Shown: positions 28,098-43,167, counted from the first letter of the stretch. The stretch: DNA of 64,000 nucleotides from Schizochytrium sp. TIO01 (GCA_004764695.1 SMSO01000032.1:5364483-5428482), one strand, 5' to 3'. A program made the numbers and translations. Notes: generated by a model from the letters alone, not told the origin.

Positions 28098-31000
28098 ACT
28101 CTTCGCTAGAATTAACGAAGACTGAGAGACACCTGCTCTTCTTCATTAGACCTCCGGTAGTATGATTTCTTTTTCTCTTGGTTGGGTATTTTGACGATTC
28201 CCCCCAAAACACCCGCGTAGGTTCAAGCTGCTGCTCGAGCGGTGTCAAAATCCTCTCTCGAGCTTGGCAAGCTCGAGTGAATAACAAATCGAGCAGCAAA
28301 GATTTGCATCAGTAGCCGCCCACTCTTTGAGCGCTCGCCCCTTTCTCCGTTGTCGTCAGCAGTTTCTTCGTTCACCTTTTCAATCATTCACTCATTTGTT
28401 CACCATCTTTCGAAACTTAGGAAACAGCTGAATTCAGCGCAGACGGCGTCTCGACATCTCCCTGTTTCCCCTCAATGTCGCTTGCACTTGCCAACTTGAA
28501 AGCTTCAAGAAGAGAACAAAGCTGACGTCGAGCGACTTACTCGTTCATTACTTCGCAGCGGCGCCTCAACCGGTGCAAACGGCCCGTCTTTGGATGAGTT
28601 GTCATCACTTCGCTTTTGCACGAGCTTTGCTTTGCTCTGCTTTGCTTTGCTTGCTCTGATGGTTCTCTCGTTCGTTCGAGGAGCAATGATATAAATTTAA
28701 TGATAAGAAGCTCTTCTCTATTACTTTAAAATATGTATAGATATTTTTAAAAATTTTGTTTTTATATATCCAATTGTAAACTTGAGCATATATGATTATA
28801 AATACATTTTTATCGTCGAGACTCCTCGTTTCACAGGGTCGTGTAAGGCGGCACCTCCTACCCTGTTTTGGCACTCGCACAAGTAAGTGTTTCTTTATAG
28901 AAAGTACGATAACAGAACCATTCGTTGCAGCGTTATTAAGCGCTATGAATTGCAGGAATCCAAAGTCTGAGGCAGTTAGTTAGTTAGTTTATTTGTTTAT
29001 TTGTTTGTTAGTTGGCAGTAAGCGAGTCAGTGAGTCAGTTGAGCTGTTTAGTTGTTTGGTCGGTTAGCAATCTTGCAGGAAGATTGAAATAGAATGTCGC
29101 GCATAAAGTAATCGTGACTGCCCTTCTTCTTCTTTTGTGAAAAGAATAAGTTGATAAAATCAAGGTTTGCTGGTTTCTTTATTTGTATTTTTGTTTGCAT
29201 TATTTATTTATTATAAATGTTTTTATTCCTAAAAGGAGAGAAAAGACAGTCTTTTTGCATAGTAAATACAGCCCACTGACCGCACACGCACCTTGAACTC
29301 CAAAATAAGAGAGAATCCTCATCCTGAACAATTAATTGTGAGCATCTAAAGCTCTTCTTTCTGTGAAACGAAGCGCATCGCATCCCCGATAATTGGGCTC
29401 TGACGTACGGTCGGTGATCGATGAACAGGTGAAGTATGGCCAAACAAATGAACCTCTGGTTTTCATAATCTTCAGATCCTTTCTTTTCTTCTGAACTATC
29501 TTCAAAATAATAAAAATATGCGACGCCTTTCTAATTAGAAAGAAAAGGGGAATAAAAGAAACAAGTTCAACTGAGGAGACAGCGCTCCGCCTTTCTTCCA
29601 CTCTTTCCTGAACCAATGACTCCTGATAAGAGTAAGAGAAAGAGGGATTCAACTGCAAAGTCAAACTCAAACTCAAAGCCAAACTAAGCTCAATATATCA
29701 GTTCTCGTGCCTCGCAAATCGCAGCAGGGCCTATCGATATCTTTTGCTTCTTCTCTTCTTCCGAGACCTCCTGAGCAGGCTCTCTGCGATAAATAACTTG
29801 AACTTGTAAAACCACTCGAGCAAAACCAAAGTTGAAGCACGAAGAACGTGGCAAAATGCTGACTTTTATGAACGAGATCTTACTTCAGAGCATTTGACAT
29901 CCATCCATCCGTATATTCATCCAAATCGAAGAGAATCTACAGCAGATCCGTGCAGAAAACGCCAAAAAGCGCCGCCTTCGAGAGAACGGCAACTCTCGTT
30001 GTAGCCTTTTGAGGAGTTACCTTTTATGGGCTCGAGCTTATTTGGCGAAGAGCTTATCTTAGAAAAGTTGAACTCAGCTTGATTCGAAAGATAGTGTACG
30101 CTATCTACAAAGGTTGCACTGGTTGCTTTTGAGAGTAATAGATCTTGAATGAAGGAGGGAGCTAAATCCGACTTTTGCTTAAAAGCCATGCGATCAAAAC
30201 GAGCGATGACCATATCGATTGCTCGAGTGATGGGTGATACACACCACCCACGAAGCAGAAGACTTAACGGGCTTTGCGTATCTTGAACCAGTTTCCTCGA
30301 AAGAGACTGCTCTGCAGAACCTAGTTTCGATATGCGTTTCTACAGAGATTTGGAGAAATTGTTGATGCGCATTCTTTGCGATAATTGAATAAGCAAAGAA
30401 AGAATTCCCCACACCGAAGAATGTTAGAAAGAAAGAGAGAACGCCATGGAGAACAGATTTCAAGTTGACTTGAATCCATAGCGAGCGGCGCACTCCTCCT
30501 CCTCCTTCTCCTCCTCCAAAGCGATCTCTCGAAGAGCTCTTCCTTTGCATCCGTTTCGAGCGTAGGTACGCAGCCATCTTGAACAATCCGAAGCACGAGA
30601 ACTCGAAGAACTCGAAGAACGGGTGTTCTCTCTAATCATCGCAGAATCGTAAACAACAGCAGCAATTTGAGGTCATCATGATCTCTTTCTGGTTAGTAGA
30701 AGCATGGTATATTGTAAACTACTTTTTTTTTTTTTTTTTTAAATATATAATTACAAAACCGAATGAAAATAGTATATATGACAGGTCCTAATCTTTGTAT
30801 GTAAATGAATAAATTAAAATATGAACTGGCACCGTAGGGCACAAGAGTGCCTTTTTTCCGGGTGAGTCGGTTTATCGATAAATCTTCAAAGTCGAAGTCG
30901 ATTCCAGCTTCAAATCAGGCTAAATACTGATCGCTGATGATGGACTGATCGCCGGTTTGCGTCACCTTGGATGCGATCTGTGGAGATCGTGACAGCTTCC

Positions 31001-32255
31001 ACTGCTTTCCTCTTGTATTGTTGGTGTTGAGAAATGAATCAACCAACCGCGTGATATTTTAGCTTCGTTTATTTTAATTTATTTTAGTTTATTTTCTAAA
31101 ATTAGCGACGAAGGAAGAGGGATCCAAGTGGTGGGAACAACTAATCATGCGATACAGTTTAGCAGTAGTCGCAGTTGAGCCCTTTTCAAACTAGATGGTA
31201 TAAGCAAGGAAAAGGAATAACAGGCCTTCGGTTGAGAATTTACATCGGCATCGCGCTCTTTCAATTGTATATCATACATATCACAACCATTTCATGAAAA
31301 TCAGATTTGTTTCGAAAATAAAAACCTAAAAAACTAAAAAACTAAAAAAACTGCCTAGCTAGAGACAGGTAGGCGCTACTCAGGCGTCTGGGTAGGAGTC
31401 CCTCAATTTCAAGAGAAGAACTTACTTACTCTCTGTTGGATTTTTAAGACGGATGTGAAAGTAAGCGGACAAAGGAGGGGAGGAATGAGAGGAAGAACTG
31501 TTATGTTCCTTCTGGGTAACCGTGTATTTTGCAAAGTCTGCGAAGCACTTCGGCGCACACTGCTCTCGCGAATCAAGCTCAGTTAGGTTGGGCTTAAGTC
31601 AGGCAAAAACAGACGGGATCTTCGCATCTCTGGCCATCGGAAGGCCCCATTTAGAAGTGCTTCGAGACGCCGCAAGATCGATAAGCTAAAACCTCCTGTT
31701 TGGATTGTTTGTTTTGTTTTGTTTTGCTTCACATTGCATTGCATTGCATTGCATCACTTTCATTTCATCTCTGGGAGAGACGAAGTCACTTAGGATTACC
31801 AGTAGGCTCCTAGGGTAGGAAAAGGAAAGAAGAAGAAGAACGCATTTCTTTGCTTTTTCTTCTCTTTTTTCTTTTGAGATTAGAATAACTTGTTGTAAAA
31901 TAGACTATTTTGATTGTTTAGTTTAAATCATTTCTTTTATTTATTTATCATGATGAATAGATAATAATAGAAAACTGTGCTTTCAACGAGGGAAGAATCT
32001 CCACAAATCTACAAACAGATATGATGGTTTCGAAGGCCGTGACTGCTCATAATTTAGGCTGCGAAGGTCTCGTCAGCAGCCACCGCCTACCTGTATGTGC
32101 CACGATAGCGTGTATATCGCCTCTGCGGCCGACCAGCTTTCGCTCCTTTATCCTCGCTGCAGCCTGAAGGCAAACAAACATAGCTGCGCAAAGAATCTGT
32201 CTCTATCTTGAAACAAGCAATGTTGCAAAAGCTTCCTCTGCCTTTCTTCCTTGCG

Positions 32256-32560
32256 CAAACAAACAAACAAACAAACAAACAAACAAACAAACAAACAAAC
32301 AAACAAACAAACAAACAAACAAACAAACAATCTTAAGCAAATAAATAGACTTGAACAAATAACAAACAATCTTAAGCAAATAAATAGACTTGAACAAACA
32401 AACAAACAATCTTAAGCAAATAAATAGACTTGAACAAACAAACAAACAATCTTAAGCAAATAAATAGACTTGAACAAACAAACAAATAAACTTGAACAAA
32501 TAACAATCTAACAATCTAAAGCAAATAAATAGACTTGAACAAATAACAAACAATCTGACA
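32256..32560. repeat. (AAAC)n microsatellite followed by a ~40-bp minisatellite
   Basis: (AAAC)~18 at 32256-32329; AATCTTAAGCAAATAAATAGACTTGAACAAA at 32329, 32368, 32408 and 32448, plus degenerate copies. Confidence 0.92.
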
Positions 32561-33381
32561 TTCTAACCAATAACGAAACATCTGAAGAAGCTCATGAAAC
32601 TCGATCAGCCCGTAAGAAACTCAGAATCGCGCAACCTTCAGCGACGGCGAACTTTTTGCGGTCCCAACTGATACTCTTTTCAGCGCCGCTAAGGCCGAAT
32701 AAGCTCTCAAGAAAGATGCACGACGGGCCCAAAAGCTGTCAGCAAAGAGGCGGCTCTACGCTGCCTGAGTAGAGAGATAATAAATACACATACATATAGA
32801 GAGAGATCGCTTCTGCTAAACGAGGCACCGCCTAATTCAATCAATTCTGATGATTGAAGTATGGACCTTTTCATTTGCACTTTTTCAAAAAGCTGGAAGC
32901 CGCAGACAAAGCCATCATGTTCGACAGTAGCTGAGGATTCCCAGGCACAACAGAGCGCAGCAGAGTAGGTAAGCTCAAACGAGGCGGCTTTCTTTGATTT
33001 CTACATTGAATTCTTCCGTTGTTGCGACGTATTCGTGACTCTATGTTTGTTTGTTTGTTTGCTTGTTAATTTTATTTAAAACTTTTTTCGCACTCTTAGT
33101 CCTTTTCGAAGAAGGCAAACTTGAAGGAAACAGAGGAAGATCAAGGAGAAGATTGCTTTCGATATGGCATACAAGCAGAGAAGAAGAAGAAGAAGGGGCG
33201 AACAGAGAAGCAATCCTTGGAGTCAGGATGGGCTGTCCTCCCAGTGCTCAATTAAAACAATCAATCAATTGTTCAATCAATTGTTCAATCAATCAAGTTT
33301 GGAAGTGCCTTTCATTGCACTTTTTTCCTCGTTTCGGGTCCGCCGTTCTTCAGCGTGGGAAAATAATCTTCCCGTGCGTGG

Positions 33382-33420
33382 ATGTATGTATGTATGTATG
33401 TATGTATGTATGTATGTATG
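33382..33420. repeat. (TATG)n microsatellite
   Basis: About 9.5 perfect copies. Confidence 0.9.
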
Positions 33421-33714
33421 ATATATGTGTCTATCGATATGAGCTAACTAAGTGGAGCAGTTCTGTTCCATTTCTCTGCTGCTGCTTCTGTCGATGGATT
33501 TCTTGAACTCCCATTCTGTTCCTTTCGTTGTTGATGAGCTCGTACAGTTCGCCATTGCAGCGTTGGTGTCGTGATCGATCTGCGGCTTTTGTACTGTCAA
33601 ACGGCACGTCAATGTATGATCCGTATCCATCCATCCATCCATCCATCCGTGATGTCACCACGCACACAGTTCTGTCGTCATTCAATCCATCAGTGAGTCT
33701 GCCGATAGTGAAGT

Positions 33715-33752
33715 AACGAACGAACGAACGAACGAACGAACGAACGAACGAA
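33715..33752. repeat. (AACG)n microsatellite
   Basis: About 9 copies. Confidence 0.9.
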
Positions 33753-36744
33753 AGAACGACTCCTCAACGATCCACGAATTGAGTGAGCTTTGAGATCGCT
33801 CCCTCTGTCCTCACAGATTCCTCTTCTTTTACTTTTAGTTTTACTCTCCTCTTTCTTCTTATCATGTTTTGTTTGTTTTGATTTCTTTTTGTGTCTTTAA
33901 ACCAACAGCATTGGAAAACAAACGCCTTTGAGAATGATATTTATGGAATTTATGAACGAATGAATGAATCAATCAATGAACCAATATCGATCAGAGGCAC
34001 ATCGCGAAGAAGGGAAAGCGCGCCCCACCTTCGGTCCGGAGATTGAATAAGCTCGTGGACGCGAACAAACCGTCCGCTAATGCGCAGGACCTGAGAGCAT
34101 CGCCGGCCTACGTGATAAACATGGATGGGCCTGAGACCAATCTGTCATTATTTCTTCAAGTTGGCAAACAAAGCATTGGCCAGTAAAACGAAGAAGAAGG
34201 CGGAGCTGGCCGCCCAAGTTTTAACTTTAAAAAGCAAGCAAACTACTTTATCCATCAAAGATTGAAATAGTCTCCGTCGATCCATAAGGTGCACTTTTGA
34301 GCGAAGAAGGAGAAGAAGAAGAAGAAGAAGAAGAAGACAGAAAGACGAACTCTGATCAGAGCTCACTCCGTCGGTCATTGCGCCGAAGAGCACTAGGAAA
34401 AGCGGCGATCGCTGCAACGCCACGAGGTGGCGAAGAGCAGCGGCGCTGAATGAGGCACGCGATGTACAAGGTCGGGGGGCTCGAAGGCGGATTCAGTGCT
34501 CTAGCTTGACGAGCTTCCACCAATGACCAGGCGGGAACGACTGACTGTTGGGAAGAACTTTGTTTGTTCAAGTTTATTTGTTTCTTTATTTGTTTGTTTA
34601 TTTGTTTATTTATTTGTTTATTTATTTGTTTATTTGTTTGTTTGTTTGTTGTTTGCAAAATATAGGAAATGAAATACATGCTGCTTAGTAAGCACCTTTA
34701 GCGCTGTGTTTTAAGTTTGCGAAAGGTCTTCAGTTGATTTGATTTGAAAGTCTGATGTTTTGGGGTTATCTTGTTTGGTTTAGTTATTACGAGCAACTTC
34801 GAATAGAGGCCCCTGCTACGTATGTAAGCCGAGTTTGCGAAAGGTTTTATGGTCAGTTTACTAAAATGGTTTGCTCTCATTCATGCATTTACTTCTTGGG
34901 TTTGCCAGGACGCCCGTTGACAGCTCTGCTTACAGGAGGCAAGGGACTCGCCAGGAAACGCCAAGCAGTGGCAGAGATGGTTTTCTCAAGACAAGACCTC
35001 CTGAGACCTGTTTCAAGAACTTTTCTCTATTCATGCAGACAGATTTGATTTGCGTCTGCTTTAGGTTTAGCAGAACGACAATTAGCAAGTAGAGGCAGTA
35101 GAAGGAATACACGTATTCTAGTAGGAAGGCCTGGCCGATTGACCAATTGGTTGATTTTATTGCAAGATGTGAACGAAATGTATGGTGCGTAGATACATCG
35201 GAAAACGTGTGTGACTGTCTACATCTGATACTGCACAGTCCTCTTAGGGCTCGTTGAAGAACTGTTGAGTGGACTCAAGAATGCAGCTATCAAATTGTCG
35301 CAAGCCAGCACCGAAGAGAGCCAGATTCTGTGCACTTGGCAACGCTTTGGGGATTATCTAATTTGCGAAGCCTGATATTGCCAAATGTGATTGATCGCAT
35401 GAACTTGTAGAATGATATCTCTCGGCTTTGGGCAATTCAGTTGGGCAACAGAATAACTACTATCCGAAGAAAGATTCTTACCTCGGGCTCAGTCAAGTAA
35501 AGCAGGCCAGTACTAATTCAGACGGAAGCATTGGGGTCGTCATCTAGAATTGAAACAAGAAGGTGCAGGAGTGTAAATGTGCGATTGGAGAATGCGTCGA
35601 ACATTCAATTGTGATTCCCAACACATCTCGGAACTCTCCTTCAAAATTTCGAGAGAGGATCTTAACAAAGGTTATTTACTTTAATTTTTATTTATTTATT
35701 TATTTTGAAACAAAAGATAGATTGTCGTTTTCGATATGGGGAATGATGAATCTCTAGAGCCGCCTGTCTAAGCTGCAGAAATCTCAGTACTGTACAGAAT
35801 TAGAGGTAGAAAGGCCCCTGCTCTGCTGCTCTGCAGGATTGCCTACTATTTATCCTCCGATAAAATAGTAAGATAACATTTGTTATCATCATGCAGATCA
35901 TCGTCTGCATTGCAATTTCCTACAAAGGAACTTTTTACTGGAATGAAATACGATGGAAAGGAGGAGTGATTTCGTATAGAGGAAAGTACCCACCATTGAA
36001 TCATCAAGCCGACCTAATTTGAAAGTGACGATGTAAGCAATCAGATCACGCGCCTAGTTTCAAGGTTACAAAGATTCGCGTTGAGACCCAATTTCACCCA
36101 AGGAACAACTGCGATTTACAATGCCACCATGCAATAATGACAAGTAGAATAAATTCAGATAAATAACTCAGCTTTTCCTATAATCAGATTGCAACCTCAG
36201 TTGCAATAATAATGCATATTTACAGTCCGAAGTCGTATGTGCTTCCCGACCTGTGTTGCTTACAGATAACTAGCAGTGACAAAAACTGATTATCAAGCTG
36301 CTCAGATTTGGCTTCAGTTTGCTCAGATTGATTCGTGCATAGAACACGAGAACAGTACTTGTGCCATCGAAAAAGCATTTGTTGGTGCTTGAAGCGGACG
36401 GAAGTCTTCCATTTCTCTCCCCATATCATAATACTCGAAGCTATGCTTTGGCGACACCAGCGATTAAATTTATCGATGGCTAGCGACGGAATATTGCATA
36501 ATAGGATGCCTCTTCATTCATTCATTCATTCATTTATTCATTCATTCATTTATTTATTCATTCATATTCATTCATATTCATTCATTCGTAACAAGTTCTC
36601 AGAATGAAGGATATACCTATTACAGGTCTGTGTAACTTATATAACTGGACAGTCTCTTGTGTTAAGTGCTCTAGGTCAATTTCAGGAGGTGCATCCCTTT
36701 CGTTCCCGCATTCGTAGTTCACCATTTATTCGCTTACTCGTACA

Positions 36745-36916
36745 TCAGATGTTTTCATGATGTATGCGTGTAAAGATGAATGTCTCCTTTTCAAGTCTTC
36801 GAATATCCGATGAGAAAAATATATCATACCAATTAGTTCGCACTCTCTGATTAGAGGTTCGGGGATATCCACAACATGTTTTTACTAAAGACAGTATCAT
36901 AATTTGCAGATCCTCT
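36745..36916 (-). pseudogene. Possible decayed protein-kinase N-lobe remnant
   Basis: Minus-strand translation gives RGSANYDTVF (degenerate GxGxYGxV loop), a frameshift, then RTSNQRVRTN..DIRRLEKETFIFTRIHHENI* (alphaC Glu and HxNI) at normal kinase spacing. No HRD or DFG found. Confidence 0.35.
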
Positions 36917-39900
36917 AAATTTCTTGCACGAATTTATTGGTTTCAAAACTCAGATTCACTACTACTCGAGCCTGCGATTGGATTGTAGTTTGGACCATAT
37001 CGATTTCTTGTTTGGTCTCAAAGTAGTGCCGTTTTCTCATGGGAGCGTAAGAATTGTTTGAAAAACATGGTAGGCTAACATTAAGTAATCTAGCTTCTCA
37101 AGTCAATGTGGCTTGGCCGTAACTGTTAGTAGCAACTCGTGTAGACTCAGCAATCTTACAAAGGTAATTGGAGTCCTAATTCGCAAAACAAAACAAGCAT
37201 GTTATTTCATATACACTTTCGAGCTGATTTGCGTCGTTGTGGGCAAACTTCCCGCATTCATCAAGAAAAGCATCTTTAGCATTCCTGTATAAGTCTTGAT
37301 AAAACTGATTCAAACTCAATCATACCACGCCACTTGATAGCGAGTTAATTTGAAACACATTTATTTTGATTCGAATCCATAAAGAACTCACAACTCAATT
37401 GACGACAAATTTGCATGCTGAAGCTATTTCCCAAGCATTAAAACAACTTCTCACAGATTTGAAGTACCCTGCAAAAACCTTCTCGACTCTGCGATGGAGA
37501 TCAAGTAAACTCGCTATATCAAACGACGACATTCAGAAAACAAATGTTACCATTTTGAGTAGCAATGGCACGGAAATAAAAACACCGGAGAGTTTCATCA
37601 CTGCAGAGAAATTGAGCATTGTCTTCGTTCTATTAATTAGAATTTCGATTAGAAAGAACTCAGCAATTCTTCACTGCCTTGATTAGATGTTGGCTTAGCA
37701 AACTCAGGCAGGCTATCTCAAGAGTTGAATGAATATTAGAAATAACTGTGAAACATTTTAGACTTTAAAATTGAGCGGTTCCTCAACTTGAGGGTACTTT
37801 CTTAACAATTGAAGAATATATAGAAACTTCATATTTAGACGATGGGCTTCCAGAGTAAGCAATTGCTCAGCTTAGGATCAAGATTTGGGATGAAATGAAT
37901 TATATTACATCAATCAGACTAAGATAGATATGTTCTCTAATAAATGCTGCATTCGGATGTTTAATGCATTTTCCCTTTAATTATTGCTTTGAATTTTGCG
38001 CATCTGCACGTAAGTAGACTTACAATCGTATCTTTCTGGATTTTACAATACATGGTTTGCTCCCTTCAAGATCAAGGATAAGATATTGATTTTTTGTCCC
38101 GTTGTTTATAAAAGATCCTTTTCAATTAGCGATCCGACTTTTCAAATGTTGCTTGTGTCAGCACAAAGGCTCGGGTCTGCTCTTTTGATTTTGCGCACAA
38201 TTACACATGTTGATCTATCTAGACCAAACGAGAAGTTTGATACATGCTGAAAGATGTATCTGGTCAGCTGGAGATTGACTATGAAGATGAAGGCAAGAGT
38301 CTTGATGATGGTTTTTGAGAGTGTTGATTTAAGAGCTAACAAACTGTTGTCCTGCAAATCAATTCCAGTTCAGAGTGATTCACGCAGTAATTAGAGGTGA
38401 AGACATTCTTAAACTGTACTAAATATACTTGACGGGGCTAGGTTACTTAAACCTCTCTAGCCATCAAAGTAAGTAGCACCATACTTGGTTCAAGCTTTTT
38501 CTGTCTCACCTTTGACTCTTGGCTTCTCAACGTCGTAAGTTCGATTGTACAGTTCTGCTCTATTGTAAGGCCTATGTCCACAAGGTCTTTACAAAGGGAC
38601 ATAAGAGCTCTAGCATTATCATGTCCACTAGTTCCTTCAATTGAAGATCTTAGCAATACTTACTTGAGGTAGTACAACAATTGGCCTGCAATGACAATTC
38701 ATTTATTAGTATTTGCTGAAAGCTAAATTCGCTCAACAATAGGTTGCCTCAAAGCATGAAGGCAGGCGGCTTGAAGACTTGAAGCTTAGGAAGGCTTAAG
38801 CTTTCAGGGTTAAAATATTCTTTCCTTGAACTGGGCCAATTCATGCGGTGATAAAATTGCCTTGATATACTTTATCTGTATTACACATGAAAAAAGACGT
38901 GAATCTTTAACCACCAATGTATATTTCATCAAGCTAATTCTAATGAAAATAGAACAATTTTCACTCGTCCTTAGTGTCTCCAATACGCTTCGTATTTGCC
39001 CTCTTTGACTCTATACGAAAGTTAAATCTTTTGGTGTTACAGTGGTACCCCAAACACTACACACATGTCTTGCCCGCGTGGCCCTTCGATTAAGGAGCTC
39101 AGCAATGAGCGAGGAATGCAATTTTGCCGAACAATTTATTCTAGGCATTTTGCTTCCTCTAGGCACTCGCTAAAACATGTTGACCCTAAAATATAAGGTC
39201 AGATATACTAGAGAATGCCACAGAGTTTTTTTGCGAACAAAAGTTCTAACGAGACAGTCCCTCAATGGTTGAGAACTGAGTCTCTTTACTCTTGTGTCTT
39301 TACATGAGACAAATAATTAACAAATTAGAAGGAGCTTCCTCATTTTAAGCACTGCGTATACCAAAATTTAGACATCTTAGCTAATATGTTTAAGACCATT
39401 CATTCCTTGAGCAATTAGCAAATGTTTAACAATCCTATATCGTTTCTTTAAATCGTGGCACTGAAGTTGAGAGGCAGGTATGATTGCCAACCCTGTTGAT
39501 AAGAAGTATGGGACATAGACATCTAAAGAGCACTGATCTGCCACATATATCCGTGGTTATTGGCTTCCCTTTCCATTATGTGTGTTTTAAAACAGACGCA
39601 TATTGTTACTCCACGTAAATTAATTTGTCACTCTTAACCATCAAACAGCTGCGTATAAAGTTATTCATGTTTTGACTATCAAAAGTCTTTCAACAATCCT
39701 AGCTTCCTTTGTCATGTCCTTGCGATTGGGGTTTCTACAGTGGAATCGTTTGATAGCACCCCCTCCTAGTAGTAAATTGATTAAATCAAATAATCGATGA
39801 AGTTTTTTCTTCGTTCAACTTGCTGAAGCGTTGGAACTTCCTTGTTTGTATACCTGAATGAGCCTTTCAATTTTTGTAAGAATGTTCCTATCTTCAAAAT

Positions 39901-42900
39901 TCGTATCATCTTATTTTTCTACCTCTGCAGGTTCTTTCAAATGGGAGCAAGTTTGCAGGACAAGGTTTAAACAAAGATAAAGACGCTCAATGTATAAGTA
40001 CTAATAGGCACTAATAGCTTTTTAAAAGGCGAATATTCATAATAAATGCAGACGGCATCGACCAAACCCTATGCTGAATCCAATTCAAATTAAACTGTCA
40101 ATGCTTGAAGTTACATTGTTATTGTTTGCATCAAAAGTATTCTAATCCTATTACTGACCAAGTTTTTAGTTCTCACAGTATTACATTGTTTCTATCTCAA
40201 TTGATAATGGATAATGATTCTTCAAGTTGCTCAACTCCACAGTAAGCCCATTCTATATATTAAAATAGAGCTACTTCCCTTGTTTTGAAGTCGATAGTTG
40301 ATTTTCCAGGCTGAACACTATTTAAATTAGCAAAAACAAAGCAGAGCCCTTCTTATAAAATGCAATTGTAAGATCCTCGCAGGCCTTATTGCATTGAGCC
40401 CTTCAATTTAAAATCCAATCTTTTGACCAATCAAACTGATGTACCTTGACTTAACACATTTGCTCCACAATCTTTCGATAGCTTATTTATGTTTACCTGT
40501 AGAACTTTTTATCATCTGCTCAGAGGGTTTCTAGAGCCGCTCAAAAAGAGCACTTAGAGAGGGTTTTAGCTCAACAGATATCGCTCGAACTATGTTAGCA
40601 TGCCTCATTTAGAAACATCGCACACAAACCCTCGAAGGTCTTCGCGAGCCTTCACATACTTTCACTGTAAAATAATATATCCATTCTAATAAGGAACTTC
40701 AAACCACATTAGTAATATGCGATTTGTGTCACCAACTAATGTAATAGTTTTCAAAGCACGAAAAGCATACAGGGGCGTTTTAAGCTTGCGTCCGTCAACT
40801 ATACTAAAGTTGATTGTAATTTTAAAGTAAGATTATAACAGATTAGTTCCGAACAGCTTCATAAAGGTTTGTTCATATTGCATTCGATCGACAGATCCAA
40901 ACAGGTCTTATTCACACGAACAACATAGCCAAACACCTTTTTCCGACACCGCTTTAATTTTTATTCAATGAAGTATCTTAAGCTGTTGCTGCTAAATCTC
41001 AAAATTCATGTCCTAGTAGAAAGTGACTGTTGCCAAGGGTGTATAGAAATGAAGTTTGTGAAAACTCCACTAGAACTTTAATCGGTCTAAAAAACAGGCC
41101 CAACATCGAGCCTACGAGTTGTTGAGATGGGACAAATGGGGTCGGTCAGTCTTTAGTGAACTTAGTTCAAGGATGAGGATGAATCAGGTCTTTTCATGTA
41201 ATTTGCAAAGCTGCGCAATGATGTTCGTGAGTAAACATAGGTGTATATGATGTTTTTTTTATTAGTTAGGAACTAATAGCTAGAACGAACGGATCAAAGG
41301 CCGTGAATGACCTCAACGGATCTAGCAACACTGGAATTTCGGGTTCTTCAGGCGTTGTGCTTCCAATTATTTTAGCCATATGAGGTAATTAATAATATTA
41401 TTTTTATTCCAAGGCTTCAAATAAAATATAGAACAGCAGCCAGATCAATTTTGTTGAGTCAACTAGCCATGGCAAACGTCAACTAATTTACTCTAAAACC
41501 TTGGACTTTCGGCTTTGAGCTTTTCTTCGTGTTTTTTTATATTTTTAATAGAATATTATTATATTTCATTCTTCTTTTCTTTTCTTTTTTAAATAGGGGA
41601 CATTATGGCACTAAGAAGAAGTCCTACTGAAGGAGTCGGATTTCTTCCCGTCGAAAGAATGAATATATAATAATAATAACTGCTATTTTTTTAGAATAAA
41701 ATATTATATATTATAATCCTCTTTCTTTATCTTTATACATTTTCTTTTAGTGTTTGAAAATTTGTTTTAAGAAAGGGCATCACATCCTTGTAGCTCGAGA
41801 ACCAACGCCATTTCAAAGAGTCCCACTTTCTAACACCATTATGAATTCTTTTTATTTAACTTTTTTACTGCAAGCAGATGATGTGGTTTGTGTTTCTGTG
41901 TTAACGCTAGATTGCCTGCAATATACAGCCATAAGCAAGTAGAGCTAGCTTTTTCATCTCCAATCTTAAAATTTATTTCAATGGTTAGGGGTCAAGAGAA
42001 GTTGCGCTGCCATGCTTTGTGTCTTCGTCGCTGCCAAACTTCAAAGATTCATAGATATTGAGAAATGAAAGCGTGACAGCAAGGTTAACTTATTTCTTCA
42101 TTCTCTCGCAAACAGACAGCCTATAAAAGTTCTACGGAGTTTTCTACGATGCTCAATTTTTTCATCGTCAATTTCTGGAAGCTAAGTTCGCTGACCCAAG
42201 TTCAACATATAGCACAGGAACCTAGCAGGGCAAGGAATATCAACACAATATCCACGACCGCCTTATTAGCGGTGCTTTCTAAGGTTCATTCTTTGACTTT
42301 TTCCCCAAGTGACACGCGTCAATCGCTGCTCCAAGCTTCTCACAACTTGATAATGGAGCGCATGGTGCACACTCCCAAAGTCCAGACGGTGGGTCATGCA
42401 CCAATCACAGTAGTATGCTGCCTCCTCTTCACCAGACCTCCAATGATAATCTACTTTGAAGATATTCCAGCAGTCCATTACATGACATCTTTATCGTTGC
42501 GGGGTAAGGAAACCAATTTTAAGTGCAGCCTAAGTGTTTTCAGCTTTTCATGGTATCCCGGCTTAGTCAACTCGTGCTATTGGAGGCACTAACCTAGTCG
42601 CCGAGACGCCTGCAATTTGTGAAAAGAAAAGAAAAAAGAGAAAATTGTCATACATACAACAGAATCAAGGCCTATTGAAGCGAAGTTGAAGGTACTGTAA
42701 CATGCATTTTAATGAGTACTATAGAGCATGGTCTCAGGTGTGCTCCGGTGTGTGAGGGCTAATAAGATAAATAAAACCGATCATGAAGTTTGATCGTTTA
42801 GATTAATCACAAGCCATCTACGTCATAGGTTGATTTGCCTCTGCAATGGCAAGAAACCACTCTATATATGTTTGTGCCGCAACATATGGCAGTATGGAAT

Positions 42901-43134
42901 TGTTACCTCCGCATGTGCAGGATAAACCTCGCTTGGGAACTTCACCATCGTTCATGGTCCTTTGCCATTACTTTATACATATACTAGTCCAAGTAAACAA
43001 AAGAAACTTTGCTTACCATGGGACTCATGGTTTTGCGACAATAAGCAGAATATCAGGAACGCGCGAGGAGTATAGTCTGACAGCGATGACTTCAGTTCTT
43101 CGTTTTATGGGGAGGAAACTTTCATTATTATATT

Positions 43135-43167
<33 letters not shown>

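Noticed and set aside
29917-30586. Two abutting minus-strand ORFs (130 and 98 aa)
   Set aside because: No recognisable homology or motifs.
32328-32490. CRISPR-like appearance of the 40-bp repeat (also the 119-bp repeat)
   Set aside because: No unique spacers, no cas genes, eukaryotic context.
42150-42500. Possible Tc1/IS630 transposase remnant (KRRQHTTVIGA..AVVD) on the minus strand
   Set aside because: Catalytic motifs (DE, MDN, SPDLNPIE) and TIRs not recognisable.
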